In this document: positions 55,005 to 64,000 of the stretch, one piece after another
Position numbering within the stretch: position 1 is the first letter of the stretch
Layout: each line of letters opens with the position of its first letter
Assembly (NCBI GenBank): GCA_041494685.1
Contig: JBGQBE010000008.1
Span: 21,241-85,240, forward strand
DNA from: Dehalococcoidia bacterium
GTDB taxonomy: Bacteria > Chloroflexota > Dehalococcoidia > DSTF01 > JACRBR01
Length of the DNA stretch: 64,000 nucleotides
Direction of reading: 5' to 3'
Notes under the pieces: model-generated
Database searches by the model: none
The model's input: the letters and a program-made list of their open reading frames with translations, nothing else
What the model was told of the DNA's origin: nothing
Position numbers and translations under genes: made by a program

Positions 55005-56840
55005 CTAGTCGCTCTCCATGCGGCCCCCGCGCGGGCCTGCCAGCGGTTCCGATGGGCGCGTGGCCTCGTACGCCTGCCGCGTCTTCTGCACGATGCCAAA
55101 GAGATCATCGGCCGTCGTGACCGGGGCTGAGCAGAGCGTGCCGTAGCAGACGTACGCCGCCGGCGCCGGATGCGGCGGCAGCCCCTCGTCGGCGAGCGCG
55201 GCATCGCCCACGTGCAGCACGCGCACGACGCGGTCGGGCAGCGGCAGCGCCAGCGCGGCGGCGTGCAGCACGCCGGCATGCTCGCCCGCGGGCGCGACGA
55301 TCTTCACGTCGGCGCCGGGGTTCAGCAGCAGGTCGACGGCCTTGGCGTAGTCGGCGGCGAAGTAGCCCTGCGACTCGGCGACGCCGGCGTACGGTTGCAG
55401 CGCGCGCCGGGCGATCTCCTCGTAGTGGGCGTCGTGGGTGTAGCGCGCCAGTCGGATGAACAGCGTGGCTGCGATGGCGTTCTCCTTCACGGGCTTCTGG
55501 CGCGCCGAGAGGCGGCCCAGGGTCTCGTGATCGGCCGGCGTGTCGAAGAAGCCGCCGTGCTCATCGCCGAGCCGCTGCGTCATGAACGCCGCCAGTTCGC
55601 GCGCGCGTTCGATGTCCCGGGGCCGGCCCGCCACCTCGTACGCGTCCAGGCAAGCGAGCGCGGCCCACGCCTGGTCGCCCAGCAGGCCGGCGATCCGCGG
55701 CCCGTCCGGCGAGAGGAAGCGGCACATGCCGCCGTCCGGGCTCCGCAGCCGCTCCCACAGGAAGTCCAGCGCTCGCAGCGCGCGCTCGCGCAGGTCCGGG
55801 CGGCCGCGCGTCCACGACGCCTCCAGGTAGGCGCTGATCGCCAGCGCGTTCCAGGACGTATAGACGGTGTGGTCGACGTAAGGCGGCGCGAACTTCTTGC
55901 GCTCCTCGGCGGGCAGCGGGTAGAGCGCCTCGTCCGCGTCCTGCGAGCCGTAGAACGCGCCCGTGTCGGGGTCGCTCAGCCAGCGGTCCATGAACTCGAC
56001 CGTGAAGTCGATGTAACGTCGGTGTTCGGCGTCGTCGCTGGCGCGGTAGAGCTTCAGGAGGTTGCGGAGCAGCAGCGCGTTGTCCTCCAGCATCTTCTCG
56101 TAGTGCGGGATGCTCCAGTCGCGCTTGGTCGAGTAGCGGAAGAATCCGCCCCACTCCTGGTCGTAGGTGCCGCCGCCGCACATCTTCTCCAGCGTCTTGC
56201 GCGCCATGTGCAGCGCGTCGCGGTCGCCGTCGCGAAGGTACGCGTGCAGCAGCAGGTCGATGGCGTCCGGGTGCGGAAACTTCGGCTCGTTGCCGAAGCC
56301 GCCGTGCACGGGGTCGTACGCGTCGGACGTGGCGTTCAGCACGTCGCGCAGGATCTGGCCGCTCAGCGCACCGGCGGTGTGTCCGGCCGCGGCGACCTGC
56401 TCGCGGCTCGCCAGGATCTCGGCGAGCTTCTCGTCGATGGCGGCGCGGTTGTCGCGGTAGTAGCCGCTGACCTGCTGGAGGATGTCGCGCATCTGGTCGG
56501 GCGGAATGTAGGTCATGCCTGCCATCACCTCGCCCTGCGGCGTGAGGAAGGCGGTCGTGGGCCAGCCGCCCATGTTGTAGCGGGCGTTGATGTCGGGGCG
56601 CTGGTCGTTATCGACGCGGATCGCCACGAAGCGCTCGTTGACCAGCGCGATCACGGCGTCGTCGGAGTACGACGTCTCGTCCATGACGTGGCACCAGTGG
56701 CACCAGACGGCGGAGATGCCAAGCAGCACCGGCTTGTCGTCGAGCCGCGCCCGCTCGAAGGCCTCGGCGCTCCATTCTTGCCAGGCGATCTCGTGCGCGC
56801 GGTTGGGGCGTGGGGAGAAGTGGAACGCTGCCGCGGACAT
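55005..56840 (-). CDS. Thioredoxin-domain protein (DUF255/YyaL family, N-acylglucosamine-epimerase-like C-domain)
   Basis: WQEWSAEAFERARLDDKPVLLGISAVWCHWCHVMD. Confidence 0.85.
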   Translation of the reverse strand: MSAAAFHFSPRPNRAHEIAWQEWSAEAFERARLDDKPVLLGISAVWCHWCHVMDETSYSDDAVIALVNERFVAIRVDNDQRPDINARYNMGGWPTTAFLTPQGEVMAGMTYIPPDQMRDILQQVSGYYRDNRAAIDEKLAEILASREQVAAAGHTAGALSGQILRDVLNATSDAYDPVHGGFGNEPKFPHPDAIDLLLHAYLRDGDRDALHMARKTLEKMCGGGTYDQEWGGFFRYSTKRDWSIPHYEKMLEDNALLLRNLLKLYRASDDAEHRRYIDFTVEFMDRWLSDPDTGAFYGSQDADEALYPLPAEERKKFAPPYVDHTVYTSWNALAISAYLEASWTRGRPDLRERALRALDFLWERLRSPDGGMCRFLSPDGPRIAGLLGDQAWAALACLDAYEVAGRPRDIERARELAAFMTQRLGDEHGGFFDTPADHETLGRLSARQKPVKENAIAATLFIRLARYTHDAHYEEIARRALQPYAGVAESQGYFAADYAKAVDLLLNPGADVKIVAPAGEHAGVLHAAALALPLPDRVVRVLHVGDAALADEGLPPHPAPAAYVCYGTLCSAPVTTADDLFGIVQKTRQAYEATRPSEPLAGPRGGRMESD

Positions 56841-56899
56841 GCCTACGCCTTTCAGTTTGCTGCGTGCATCCTAGCAGGCAAGGGCCCGCTGGGCCCCAC

Positions 56900-58471
56900 T
56901 CACCAGCCCGCGGCGGCGCCTTCGCCGCGGGCGTCGCTGCCGGCGATCATGGTGCCGCTCTCGTCGACGACGATCGCCTGCGCGCGGCCCATCGGCGCCG
57001 TGACGCGCGGCACCGGCCGCACGGCGTGGCCTCGCCGCGCCAGCTCCTGCTGCGTCGCCGCGGGCATCTCCTCCTCGACGAGCAGGCCGCCGGGCGCGTC
57101 GCCCCAGCGCGCCGCGTCGATCGCCGCCTGCGGGTCGAGGCCGTAGTCGATGATGCCCGTGATCACCTGCAGGTTCGTCTGCACCTGGAAGTCCGCGCCC
57201 GGCGTGTTGCCGACGATGTACGGCCGGCCGTCGCGGAAGACGAGGTAGGTGTTCAGCGTGTGCATCGTCCGCTTGCCGGGCGCCAGCACGTTGGGCGACG
57301 CGGGATCGAGCGAGAAGCCGGCCATCCGGTTGTTCATGATCACGCCGGTGCCCTCGACGGCCAGCGCCGCGCCCCAGTTCGCAAAGATGCTCTGGATGAA
57401 CGAGCAGACGTTGCCCGCCGCGTCCGCCACGACGAACGACGTCGTGTCGTGCGACGGCGCGGGCTGCGGGACGCTGCGCGCGCGCGTCGGGTCGATCGTG
57501 ACCCGCCGCTGCGCCGCCCACTCCTTCGTCAGCAGCCGCCGTGGCTCGAAGTCCGCGAACGCCGGGTCGCCCGCGAAGCGGTGCCGGTCCTCGAACGCCA
57601 GCTTCTTCGCCTCGACCATGTGGTGCACGGCGTCGGGCGACAGGTGCCCCCATGCGCCCAGATCGTAGCCCTCGACGATGTTCAACTCTTCGAGCAGGAT
57701 CACGCCCTGCGAGTTCGGCGGCGTCTCGTACACCGTGCAGCCGCGGTACTCCGTGCTCAGCGGCTCCAGCACGTCGGCGCGGTGCCCCGCCAGATCCTCC
57801 GCCGTCACGTAGCCGCCCGACGCCTGCACCGCCGCAGCGATGCGCTCCGCGATCGCGCCGCGGTAGAACGCGTCGCGGCCGCTCTGCGCGATCGCGTCGA
57901 GCGTATCCGCCAGCGCCGGCTGCCGGTACGGCGCGCCGAATGCCGGCGCCGCGCCGTCGCGGTAGAGCGCCGCCGCCATCGTCGGGTACTTCGCGAAGAG
58001 CAAGCGCGCCGCCGCGAGCGAGAGCGCCAGCTCGCGCGACGCCGGGAAGCCGTCGCGCGCGTAACCGATCGCCGGCGCCAGCAGGTCGGCGCGCGGCATG
58101 CCGCACCAGCGCGCGTGGAACTCCTGCCACGCGTCGACCAGCCCCGGCACGGCGACCGCGCCGCCGCCGTGCGCCGGTATGCCGCCGGCGTAGCGGTCGG
58201 GCGTCGCCGCCGCGGGCGCGCGCCCGCCCGAGCAGATCGCCGTGACGCGGCCCTCCCTGCGCGGATAGACCAGGATGTAGGCGTCGCCGCCCAGGTGGTT
58301 GCGGTGCGGCTTCACGACGGGCAGCAGCGCCGACATCGCCAGCGCCGCGTCGAAGGCGTTGCCGCCGCGGCGCAGCACGTCCACCCCCGTCTGCGAGACG
58401 AGCGGGTACTCCGACGCGACCATGCCGTGCGTGCCGAGCACCGGTCCGCGCGCGGGCGGGGCGTCCGTCAT
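56900..58471 (-). CDS. ggt: Gamma-glutamyltransferase
   Basis: GMVASEYPLVSQTGVDVLRRGGNAFDAALA. The autoprocessing site is HDTTSFVVAD. Confidence 0.9.
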   Translation of the reverse strand: MTDAPPARGPVLGTHGMVASEYPLVSQTGVDVLRRGGNAFDAALAMSALLPVVKPHRNHLGGDAYILVYPRREGRVTAICSGGRAPAAATPDRYAGGIPAHGGGAVAVPGLVDAWQEFHARWCGMPRADLLAPAIGYARDGFPASRELALSLAAARLLFAKYPTMAAALYRDGAAPAFGAPYRQPALADTLDAIAQSGRDAFYRGAIAERIAAAVQASGGYVTAEDLAGHRADVLEPLSTEYRGCTVYETPPNSQGVILLEELNIVEGYDLGAWGHLSPDAVHHMVEAKKLAFEDRHRFAGDPAFADFEPRRLLTKEWAAQRRVTIDPTRARSVPQPAPSHDTTSFVVADAAGNVCSFIQSIFANWGAALAVEGTGVIMNNRMAGFSLDPASPNVLAPGKRTMHTLNTYLVFRDGRPYIVGNTPGADFQVQTNLQVITGIIDYGLDPQAAIDAARWGDAPGGLLVEEEMPAATQQELARRGHAVRPVPRVTAPMGRAQAIVVDESGTMIAGSDARGEGAAAGW

Positions 58472-58923
58472 CGTGTGCCTCCTTCAGCCGCGATGCGCTC
58501 AAGCGCCTCGCGGGCCAGCGCCACCATGCGGCGCTCGTCCTTGAACGCGAGCGCGCGCTCCGCCTCGGCGATCTCGTGCCAGCGCGCCTCCACGACCTCG
58601 TGATCGTGGTCGTCCGTGCTGCCGCCGAGGTAGCGCAGCAGGTACATGTGCACGGTCTTGCGCACGCGCGCCGGCTCCGCCTCGAAGCGCGACACGTACG
58701 TGTAGGCTACGTCGCCCAGCGGCACGACGATCTCGGCGTCCACGCCGGCCTCCTCGCGTACCTCGCGCACCGCCGCCCGCTCGGCCGGCTCGCCGTCTTC
58801 GATCCAGCCTTTCGGCAGTTGCCAGCGGTGCTCGTGCGTGCGGATCAGCGCCACCTCGAAGCCGCCGCCCGCGCGCTCGCGGTACACCACGCCGCCGGCC
58901 GACACCTCGACGCGCGTCCTCAT
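58468..58923 (-). CDS. NUDIX hydrolase
   Basis: Nudix box GWIEDGEPAERAAVREVREEAGV. Confidence 0.85.
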   Translation of the reverse strand: MRTRVEVSAGGVVYRERAGGGFEVALIRTHEHRWQLPKGWIEDGEPAERAAVREVREEAGVDAEIVVPLGDVAYTYVSRFEAEPARVRKTVHMYLLRYLGGSTDDHDHEVVEARWHEIAEAERALAFKDERRMVALAREALERIAAEGGTR

Positions 58924-61436
58924 CGCCGCGGAGGGCGCTCTTTCTTCGCGGGCTTGCGGGAGCGCTCCGCCGGCTTCGCGCCCTTTCCCCCGTTCGGCGA
59001 GACGCTCGTCGGCGCGATGGTCTCGCGCGTCCCGCGGTTCACCTCCATCGCCCGCTTGGTCATCGCTTCGAGGGCCTCGGTGACCTTGCGGAAGAGCGTG
59101 CCCGGCGCGTACGTGCCGCCGGCGCGGAGCTTGCCCGCGGGCGTGCCTGTCAGCAGCTCGATGCCCTGTTCGATGCCGGCGACGGACCAGACGTGGAAGC
59201 GCCCCGCCTTCACCGCCTCCACGACCTCCGGCTTGAGCATCAGGTTGCGCACGTTGTCGCGCGGGATCATCACGCCCTGCTCGCCGGTCAGCCCCTTCGC
59301 CTTGCAGACGGCGTAGAAGCCCTCGATCTTCTCGTTCGCGCCGCCGATCGCCTGCACCTCGCCGAGCTGGTTCACGGAGCCGGTGACGGCGATGCCCTGC
59401 TTCAGCGGCGCGTCGGCGATCGCCGAGAGCAGCGCGTACAGCTCCGTCGACGAGGCGCTGTCGCCATCGACCTCGTCGTATACCTGCTCGAACGTCAGGC
59501 TGGCGGAGAACGAGAGCGGCTGCCGCTGGGCGAACTTACCGTTCAGGTAGCCCTGCAAGATCAGAAAGCCCTTGCTGTGCGACGGCCCGCTCTTCTGGAT
59601 CTCGCGCTCGAGGTTGATCACCTGCCCGCGGCCCATGCTCACGCGCGCGGTGATGCGCGACGGCCGCCCGAAGGCGTAGTCGCCCAGGTCGTACACGGAC
59701 AGACCGTTCACCTGCCCGGTCACCGCGCCATCCACATCGACCTTGATCGTGCCGTTGGCGATGAACTCCTGCACGCGGTCCTCGACGAGGCTGGATCGGT
59801 ACACCTTCTGATCGATCGCCTGGTCCACGTGCGCCGCGGTGACGGTGCCGGCGCCCGCGTCGCACGCCCAGTAGTCGGATTCGACCACGAGATCCACGAT
59901 GTCGATCATGCGCAGTGAGAGCTTCTGCTGGTCCGAGACCATGCGGCTGCTCTGCTCGATGATGCGCGCGACCGCGCCGCGATCGAAGGGCCGCGTGCCC
60001 AGCTCCTTCACCTCGTGCGCGATGAAGCGCGCGTACAGCAGCGCGTGCTCGTCGGTGCGTTCGACGTCGATCGTGAAGTCGGCCTTCGCCTTGAACAGCT
60101 TGCGGAAGTCGTCGTCCAGGGTCTGCAGGATCTGGTAGACGGCGTTGGTGCCGATCATCGCGACTTTGACGTTGAGCGGGATCGGCTCGGGCGAGAGCGT
60201 GACCGTGGGGATGACGCTGAACTGGTCACCCATGTTCTCCAGGCGCACCTGCTGGTTGCGCAGCGCGCGCTTCAGCGTCTCCCACACCAGCGGCGCCGTC
60301 AGCACATCCAGGGCGCGCACGACGAGGAAGCCGCCGTTCGCGCGGTGCAGGTCGCCGGGCTTGATCAGCGTGTGGTCCGTGACCATGGAGCCGAAGCTCG
60401 AGCGATAGTCGACGCGCCCGAACAGGTGGTAGAACGTCGGCGAGTCGGCGATGACGACCGGCGCGTGTGCGTCCTGCGCGTGCGTGACGATCACGTTGAC
60501 CTTGTAGCGGTCGAAGACGCCGTCGCGGGGCATCATCGGCAGGCCCGGGATGATCGGCTGCTGCTGTTCCTCCGGCGACCGGAAGTCGCCGATGTGCGTC
60601 AGCAGGTCCGCGCCGAGGGCCTCCAGGTACGCGACGACCGCGGCCTCGTCCTTGAAGTCGCGCTTCAGCTCGTCGAGCCGCGGGGTAAGCAGCGCGAGCA
60701 TGAGCTGGCGGTCCAGCTCGCTGAGCAGCTGTCCGGCTTCGCGGTCCAGGCGGCGCAGCTGCGGCGCCATCTGCGCGATGATCGAGTCGAGTTCGGCGGT
60801 GTGCCCCTGGATCTGCTGCTTGCGCTCGTCCGTGAGCAGGTCGTACTGCTCCTTCGTAATCGGCTTAGCGTCGAGCAGCGGCACGGTCGTGATGCCCATC
60901 GGCGTGACGCTGACCGCCATCTCGCGCGCCTTCGCCTCGGTCTCCAGCGCCTCGAAGAAGCGCTCGCGCTGGGTCTGCACCTCGCGGTTCACCTGGTCGT
61001 GGCGGCGCGCGTACTCGTCGCTCTCGAACGCGCGCGGCACGTCACGGCGCAGAGCCGTCACGAGGTCCTCGACCTCGGTGCTGAGCTGGTGGCCGCGGTC
61101 GGGCGGAAGGCTCAGCGCGCGCGGCCGCGCCGGCTCGGAGAAGTTGAAGACGTAGCACCAGTCGCGGGGCGCCGGGCGCGTCGCGGCGATGCGATCGAGC
61201 TGCGTCCGCACTTCCGTCGAGCGGCCCGTGCCCGGTATGCCGGCGACGTAGACGTTGTAGCCGGCGGCCTCGATGCCAAGGCCGAAGTCCAGCGCGCGGA
61301 CGGCGCGGTCCTGGCCGACCGTCCCTTCCAGGGGCTGAAGCTCCGCCGTCGTGCGGAACGGCAACGTGCGCGGATCGCACGCGCGTCGCAGGGCGTTCGG
61401 GGCGACGCGCAGGGACCGTTTCGGGGCGGCTGTCAT
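58920..61436 (-). CDS. Lon-related ATP-dependent protease (LonB/COG1067-like)
   Basis: GGAGG precedes ATG 61436. Walker A VAGIPGTGRS. C-terminal S16 domain with VDGDSASSTELYALLSA and a downstream Lys. Confidence 0.85.
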   Translation of the reverse strand: MTAAPKRSLRVAPNALRRACDPRTLPFRTTAELQPLEGTVGQDRAVRALDFGLGIEAAGYNVYVAGIPGTGRSTEVRTQLDRIAATRPAPRDWCYVFNFSEPARPRALSLPPDRGHQLSTEVEDLVTALRRDVPRAFESDEYARRHDQVNREVQTQRERFFEALETEAKAREMAVSVTPMGITTVPLLDAKPITKEQYDLLTDERKQQIQGHTAELDSIIAQMAPQLRRLDREAGQLLSELDRQLMLALLTPRLDELKRDFKDEAAVVAYLEALGADLLTHIGDFRSPEEQQQPIIPGLPMMPRDGVFDRYKVNVIVTHAQDAHAPVVIADSPTFYHLFGRVDYRSSFGSMVTDHTLIKPGDLHRANGGFLVVRALDVLTAPLVWETLKRALRNQQVRLENMGDQFSVIPTVTLSPEPIPLNVKVAMIGTNAVYQILQTLDDDFRKLFKAKADFTIDVERTDEHALLYARFIAHEVKELGTRPFDRGAVARIIEQSSRMVSDQQKLSLRMIDIVDLVVESDYWACDAGAGTVTAAHVDQAIDQKVYRSSLVEDRVQEFIANGTIKVDVDGAVTGQVNGLSVYDLGDYAFGRPSRITARVSMGRGQVINLEREIQKSGPSHSKGFLILQGYLNGKFAQRQPLSFSASLTFEQVYDEVDGDSASSTELYALLSAIADAPLKQGIAVTGSVNQLGEVQAIGGANEKIEGFYAVCKAKGLTGEQGVMIPRDNVRNLMLKPEVVEAVKAGRFHVWSVAGIEQGIELLTGTPAGKLRAGGTYAPGTLFRKVTEALEAMTKRAMEVNRGTRETIAPTSVSPNGGKGAKPAERSRKPAKKERPPRR

Positions 61437-61554
61437 GGTGCCTCCTTCCGCTCGTCCACATCGTAGCGCGGGGCGGCCGCGGGCGGGCGGTTCGATGGGT
61501 ACACGCGCCGCGTAGCCATTATGATGGCCGCATAGCGAACGCAGGGAGCCACGA

Positions 61555-63231
61555 TTGACCAACGAATCCGGGACGGCGGAGGAGCGCGGGCCGGGCCGGC
61601 GCATCGCCGGCAGCGAGGCGCTTCGCAGGTGGCTCCGCCGCCTGGGCGCGTCCGCGCGGGCGGCGCGCGTCGACATCGCCGTCGTCGCCTCGATCACTCT
61701 GCTGGCGGCCGTGCTGCGGCTCTGGCACCTGGGTACGGTGCCGCTGGGCCTGCACGGCGACGAGGCCTGGACCGGCCTCGACGCCCGCCGCATCCTCCGT
61801 GAGGGCTGGATCGGCCCGTACGTCGGCAGCGCCCTCGGCCAGCCGGCAGGCCCCCTTTACTTCACGGCGCTGCTGTTCAAGTTCATGCCCGAGACCACGT
61901 TCACGGCGCGCTTCTCGATGGCGCTCTTCGGCATCGCGACGGTGCCCGTCATGTACCTGGCGTTCGCGTCGATGTTCAACCGCACGGTGGCGGCGTTCTC
62001 GGCGCTGCTGCTGACGGTGATGATGTGGCACCTGCATCTGAGCCGCACCGCCTTCATGGTGACGGCCTGGCCGTTCATGGAGATGCTGGTGCTGTGGCTG
62101 TTGTGGGCGGCGATGCGCCGCCGCGGCGTCTGGCTGTTCGTGCTCGCCGGCGCCGTCCACGGCCTCGGCCTGTACAGCTACAACGCGTACACGCTCTTCA
62201 TGCCGGTGCCGTTCGTCGCGCTGCTCTGGTGGTTCTTCGATCGCCCGACGCCTCTGCTGCGGCGTCACTGGCTGCGACTGACGCTCGCCTTCAGCATCGC
62301 CGCGCTGCTCGCGGCGCTGCCGCTGATCCGGTACGTGCACGACCACGGCGACGTCTATCGCACGCACCAGCAAGTGGTCGCGCTCACGTATCAGGACTCG
62401 TGGAAGCAGGCGGACGTGCTGGGCAAGACAGAGCTCATCTGGGATCGCGCGCGCGAGTGGGGGAGCGGTCTGATCTACGGCGACCGCCCGGACATGGGCG
62501 ACGGTCTCGCCACGCAGGGTCATCCGGTGGTTGACCCGATCGTGGTCGGCCTCGCGCTCGTGGGATTGGCCGTGGCTGTCTGGAACATCCGCAAGCGTGA
62601 GTATGCCGTGGTGTTGGCGGTCACGGTGCTGTTACCGTGGGGCGCGCTGCTCACGGTGCGCGACGGACTGTTCCGGCGGACGCTGGGGCTGGCGCCGTTC
62701 GTCGCGTTGCTGGCGGCGCTGGTGCTGGCGCGGCTGTGGGACTACGGCTGGCGCAGGAGAGACCGGTGGCGCTACGTGTACCTGGCCGTCGCGGCGGGCG
62801 TCGTGCTGTTCGTCGGCTCGCACGCCGTCTGGCAGTACTTCGGGCCGGTGCAGGACGACGTCTATCTGCAGTACGTCTACCCCTACCAGCTGGATGCCGC
62901 GTCGCGCTACATCGACACGCTGCCGCCTGACACGTACGTCTACTTCTGGAGCGACCGGTGGCCTTTTCGCTATGAGACGCGGCGCTTCCTCGCGCCTCAT
63001 GCGATGGGCAGCGACCGCTCGTCGGAGTACCAGGAGGCGGCCATTCCGCCCGGAGGCTCCGGCTTTGACGCTGACCCCGCCTACGCGCGCGTCGCGTTCG
63101 TCTTCCTGGGCAACTACCTGGACGATGTCACGAGCGTGGAAGCGACGTACCCCGACGGACAACTCACGGAACGGAAGCGCGGCGACGAAGTGCTGTTTCG
63201 CGCGTACTACGTGGAGCGCCCCCAGAACTGA
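61555..63231 (+). CDS. Membrane glycosyltransferase (GT39/ArnT-PMT-like)
   Basis: Multi-pass membrane protein. LRLWHLGTVPLGLHGDEAWTGLDA lies in the first loop. TTG start after GGGAG. Confidence 0.7.
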   Translation: MTNESGTAEERGPGRRIAGSEALRRWLRRLGASARAARVDIAVVASITLLAAVLRLWHLGTVPLGLHGDEAWTGLDARRILREGWIGPYVGSALGQPAGPLYFTALLFKFMPETTFTARFSMALFGIATVPVMYLAFASMFNRTVAAFSALLLTVMMWHLHLSRTAFMVTAWPFMEMLVLWLLWAAMRRRGVWLFVLAGAVHGLGLYSYNAYTLFMPVPFVALLWWFFDRPTPLLRRHWLRLTLAFSIAALLAALPLIRYVHDHGDVYRTHQQVVALTYQDSWKQADVLGKTELIWDRAREWGSGLIYGDRPDMGDGLATQGHPVVDPIVVGLALVGLAVAVWNIRKREYAVVLAVTVLLPWGALLTVRDGLFRRTLGLAPFVALLAALVLARLWDYGWRRRDRWRYVYLAVAAGVVLFVGSHAVWQYFGPVQDDVYLQYVYPYQLDAASRYIDTLPPDTYVYFWSDRWPFRYETRRFLAPHAMGSDRSSEYQEAAIPPGGSGFDADPAYARVAFVFLGNYLDDVTSVEATYPDGQLTERKRGDEVLFRAYYVERPQN

Positions 63232-63242
63232 CGCGCACGGTG

Positions 63243-64000
63243 TCAGCCGCCCGCCTGGCCCACGCCGCGCGGTTCGACGCGCGGCGGCGGCTCCTGTGCC
63301 TGTCGCGGCGGTGGCGCACCGCCCGCATCGACCGGCAGCGTGAACGCGAACGTCGTACCGCGGCCGGGCGTCGACTCGACCCGGATCTCGCCCCCGTGCG
63401 CCCGCACGATCTCGCGCGAGATCGTGAGCCCCAGCCCGGCGCCGGTGCCCTGCTTCTCGCCGCTGCTGCGATAGAAGCGGTCGAAGACGTGCGGCAGCTC
63501 CTCGGCGTCGATGCCGTTGCCGCTGTCCGTCACGTAGAACTCGAGGAATCCGCCGCCCGCCCGCCGCACGCCCGCATCGACGCGTCCGCCGCGCGGCGTG
63601 TGCCGGAAGGCGTTGTCGAGCAGGTTGCCCAGCACCTGTTCGATCCGATCGAAGTCGGCGACGACGAACGCGTCGGCGTCGGTGCCGGCGGGCGTACGTA
63701 CGTCCAGCGTCACGCCTTCGTCCTCCGCACGTATCGAGAACACGTCGCGCACGTGCGCCAGCAGCTCCAACGCGCGGACGTCTGCCAGGCTCATCGCCTG
63801 CTGCCCGGACTCGATGCGCGAGAGGTCCAGCAGCTCGCCCACCAGGTGGAGCAGGCGCCGTGACTCGAAGTCGATCACACGGGCGGCGCGCGTGCGCTCG
63901 TCTTCGGTGTCGAGCGTGCCGTCCAGCATCGCCTGGGAGAAGCCGCGGATCGACGTCAGCGGCGTCTTCAGCTCGTGCGAGACGTTGGCCAGAAACTCGC
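63243..64000 (-). CDS. Sensor histidine kinase, 3' part; the gene continues beyond the window end
   Basis: H-box SHELKTPLTSIRGF is read from the last 70 nt. HATPase_c N, G1 and G2 boxes: LLDNAFRHT, DSGNGI, GTGAGLGLTI. Confidence 0.85.
   Translation of the reverse strand, partial: EFLANVSHELKTPLTSIRGFSQAMLDGTLDTEDERTRAARVIDFESRRLLHLVGELLDLSRIESGQQAMSLADVRALELLAHVRDVFSIRAEDEGVTLDVRTPAGTDADAFVVADFDRIEQVLGNLLDNAFRHTPRGGRVDAGVRRAGGGFLEFYVTDSGNGIDAEELPHVFDRFYRSSGEKQGTGAGLGLTISREIVRAHGGEIRVESTPGRGTTFAFTLPVDAGGAPPPRQAQEPPPRVEPRGVGQAGG

Noticed and set aside
55170-58603. Long plus-strand ORFs (55170-57146 and 56810-58603)
   Set aside because: They are antisense to the thioredoxin-domain gene and ggt, both of which have clear family motifs.
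61437-61793. N-terminal 119-aa extension of the Lon-like ORF
   Set aside because: The extension is Arg/Ser/Pro-rich with no homology-like pattern. A GGAGG-preceded ATG at 61436 gives the canonical N-terminus.
60015-62523. ORFs 60015-61466 (+) and 61519-62523 (-)
   Set aside because: They are shadow ORFs opposite the Lon-like protease and GT39 genes.

Overview
High-GC bacterial chromosomal window; I cannot assign a taxon from sequence alone. Several genes look leaderless, with a -10 box 6-7 nt upstream of the start codon.

Layout:
(1) 1-14.2 kb, mixed accessory and housekeeping genes. These are a split MmeI-like type IIL restriction-modification enzyme, an orphan frameshifted Rhs C-terminal toxin cassette with a downstream lipoprotein, MarR and MerR regulators, hydrolases and an amidase.
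(2) 14.3-43.4 kb, a composite of integrated elements at a tRNA-Leu(CAA) gene. A decayed phage-like element (about 14.3-22.07 kb) carries a ParB-methyltransferase, primase remnants, an excisionase with a 19-bp tandem duplication, a 5'-truncated integrase and a TIR-like gene. A roughly 17.3-kb island (22129-39443) is bounded by the intact tRNA-Leu and a 57-nt copy of its 3' half. A roughly 3.9-kb islet (39577-43364) is bounded by a duplicated tRNA promoter plus 5' half. It carries a SIR2-like gene split by an IS1595-family element with a perfect 8-bp target-site duplication.
(3) 43.9-64 kb, core metabolism. This includes gcvT-gcvH-gcvPA-gcvPB, a VapBC-like pair, a tandem CoA-transferase, LarA, GGT, NUDIX, a Lon-like protease, a GT39 glycosyltransferase and a partial histidine kinase. 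Stop-free heptanucleotide tandem repeats sit at gene junctions.

The 17-kb island is defence-island-like. It holds VapBC, a Swt1-like HEPN gene, a GHKL-ATPase fused to a Shedu/DUF4263-like nuclease, an IS3 insertion and a probably inactivated integrase.

Best candidate for an undescribed system: a translationally coupled three-gene operon at 26390-33929. It encodes a SUKH/SMI1-like protein, an unknown 346-aa protein, and a roughly 1660-aa DEAH/HrpA-like helicase with C-terminal S1-like domains and a duplicated 2-TM membrane anchor.

All domain calls come from motif recognition by eye, not from database searches.
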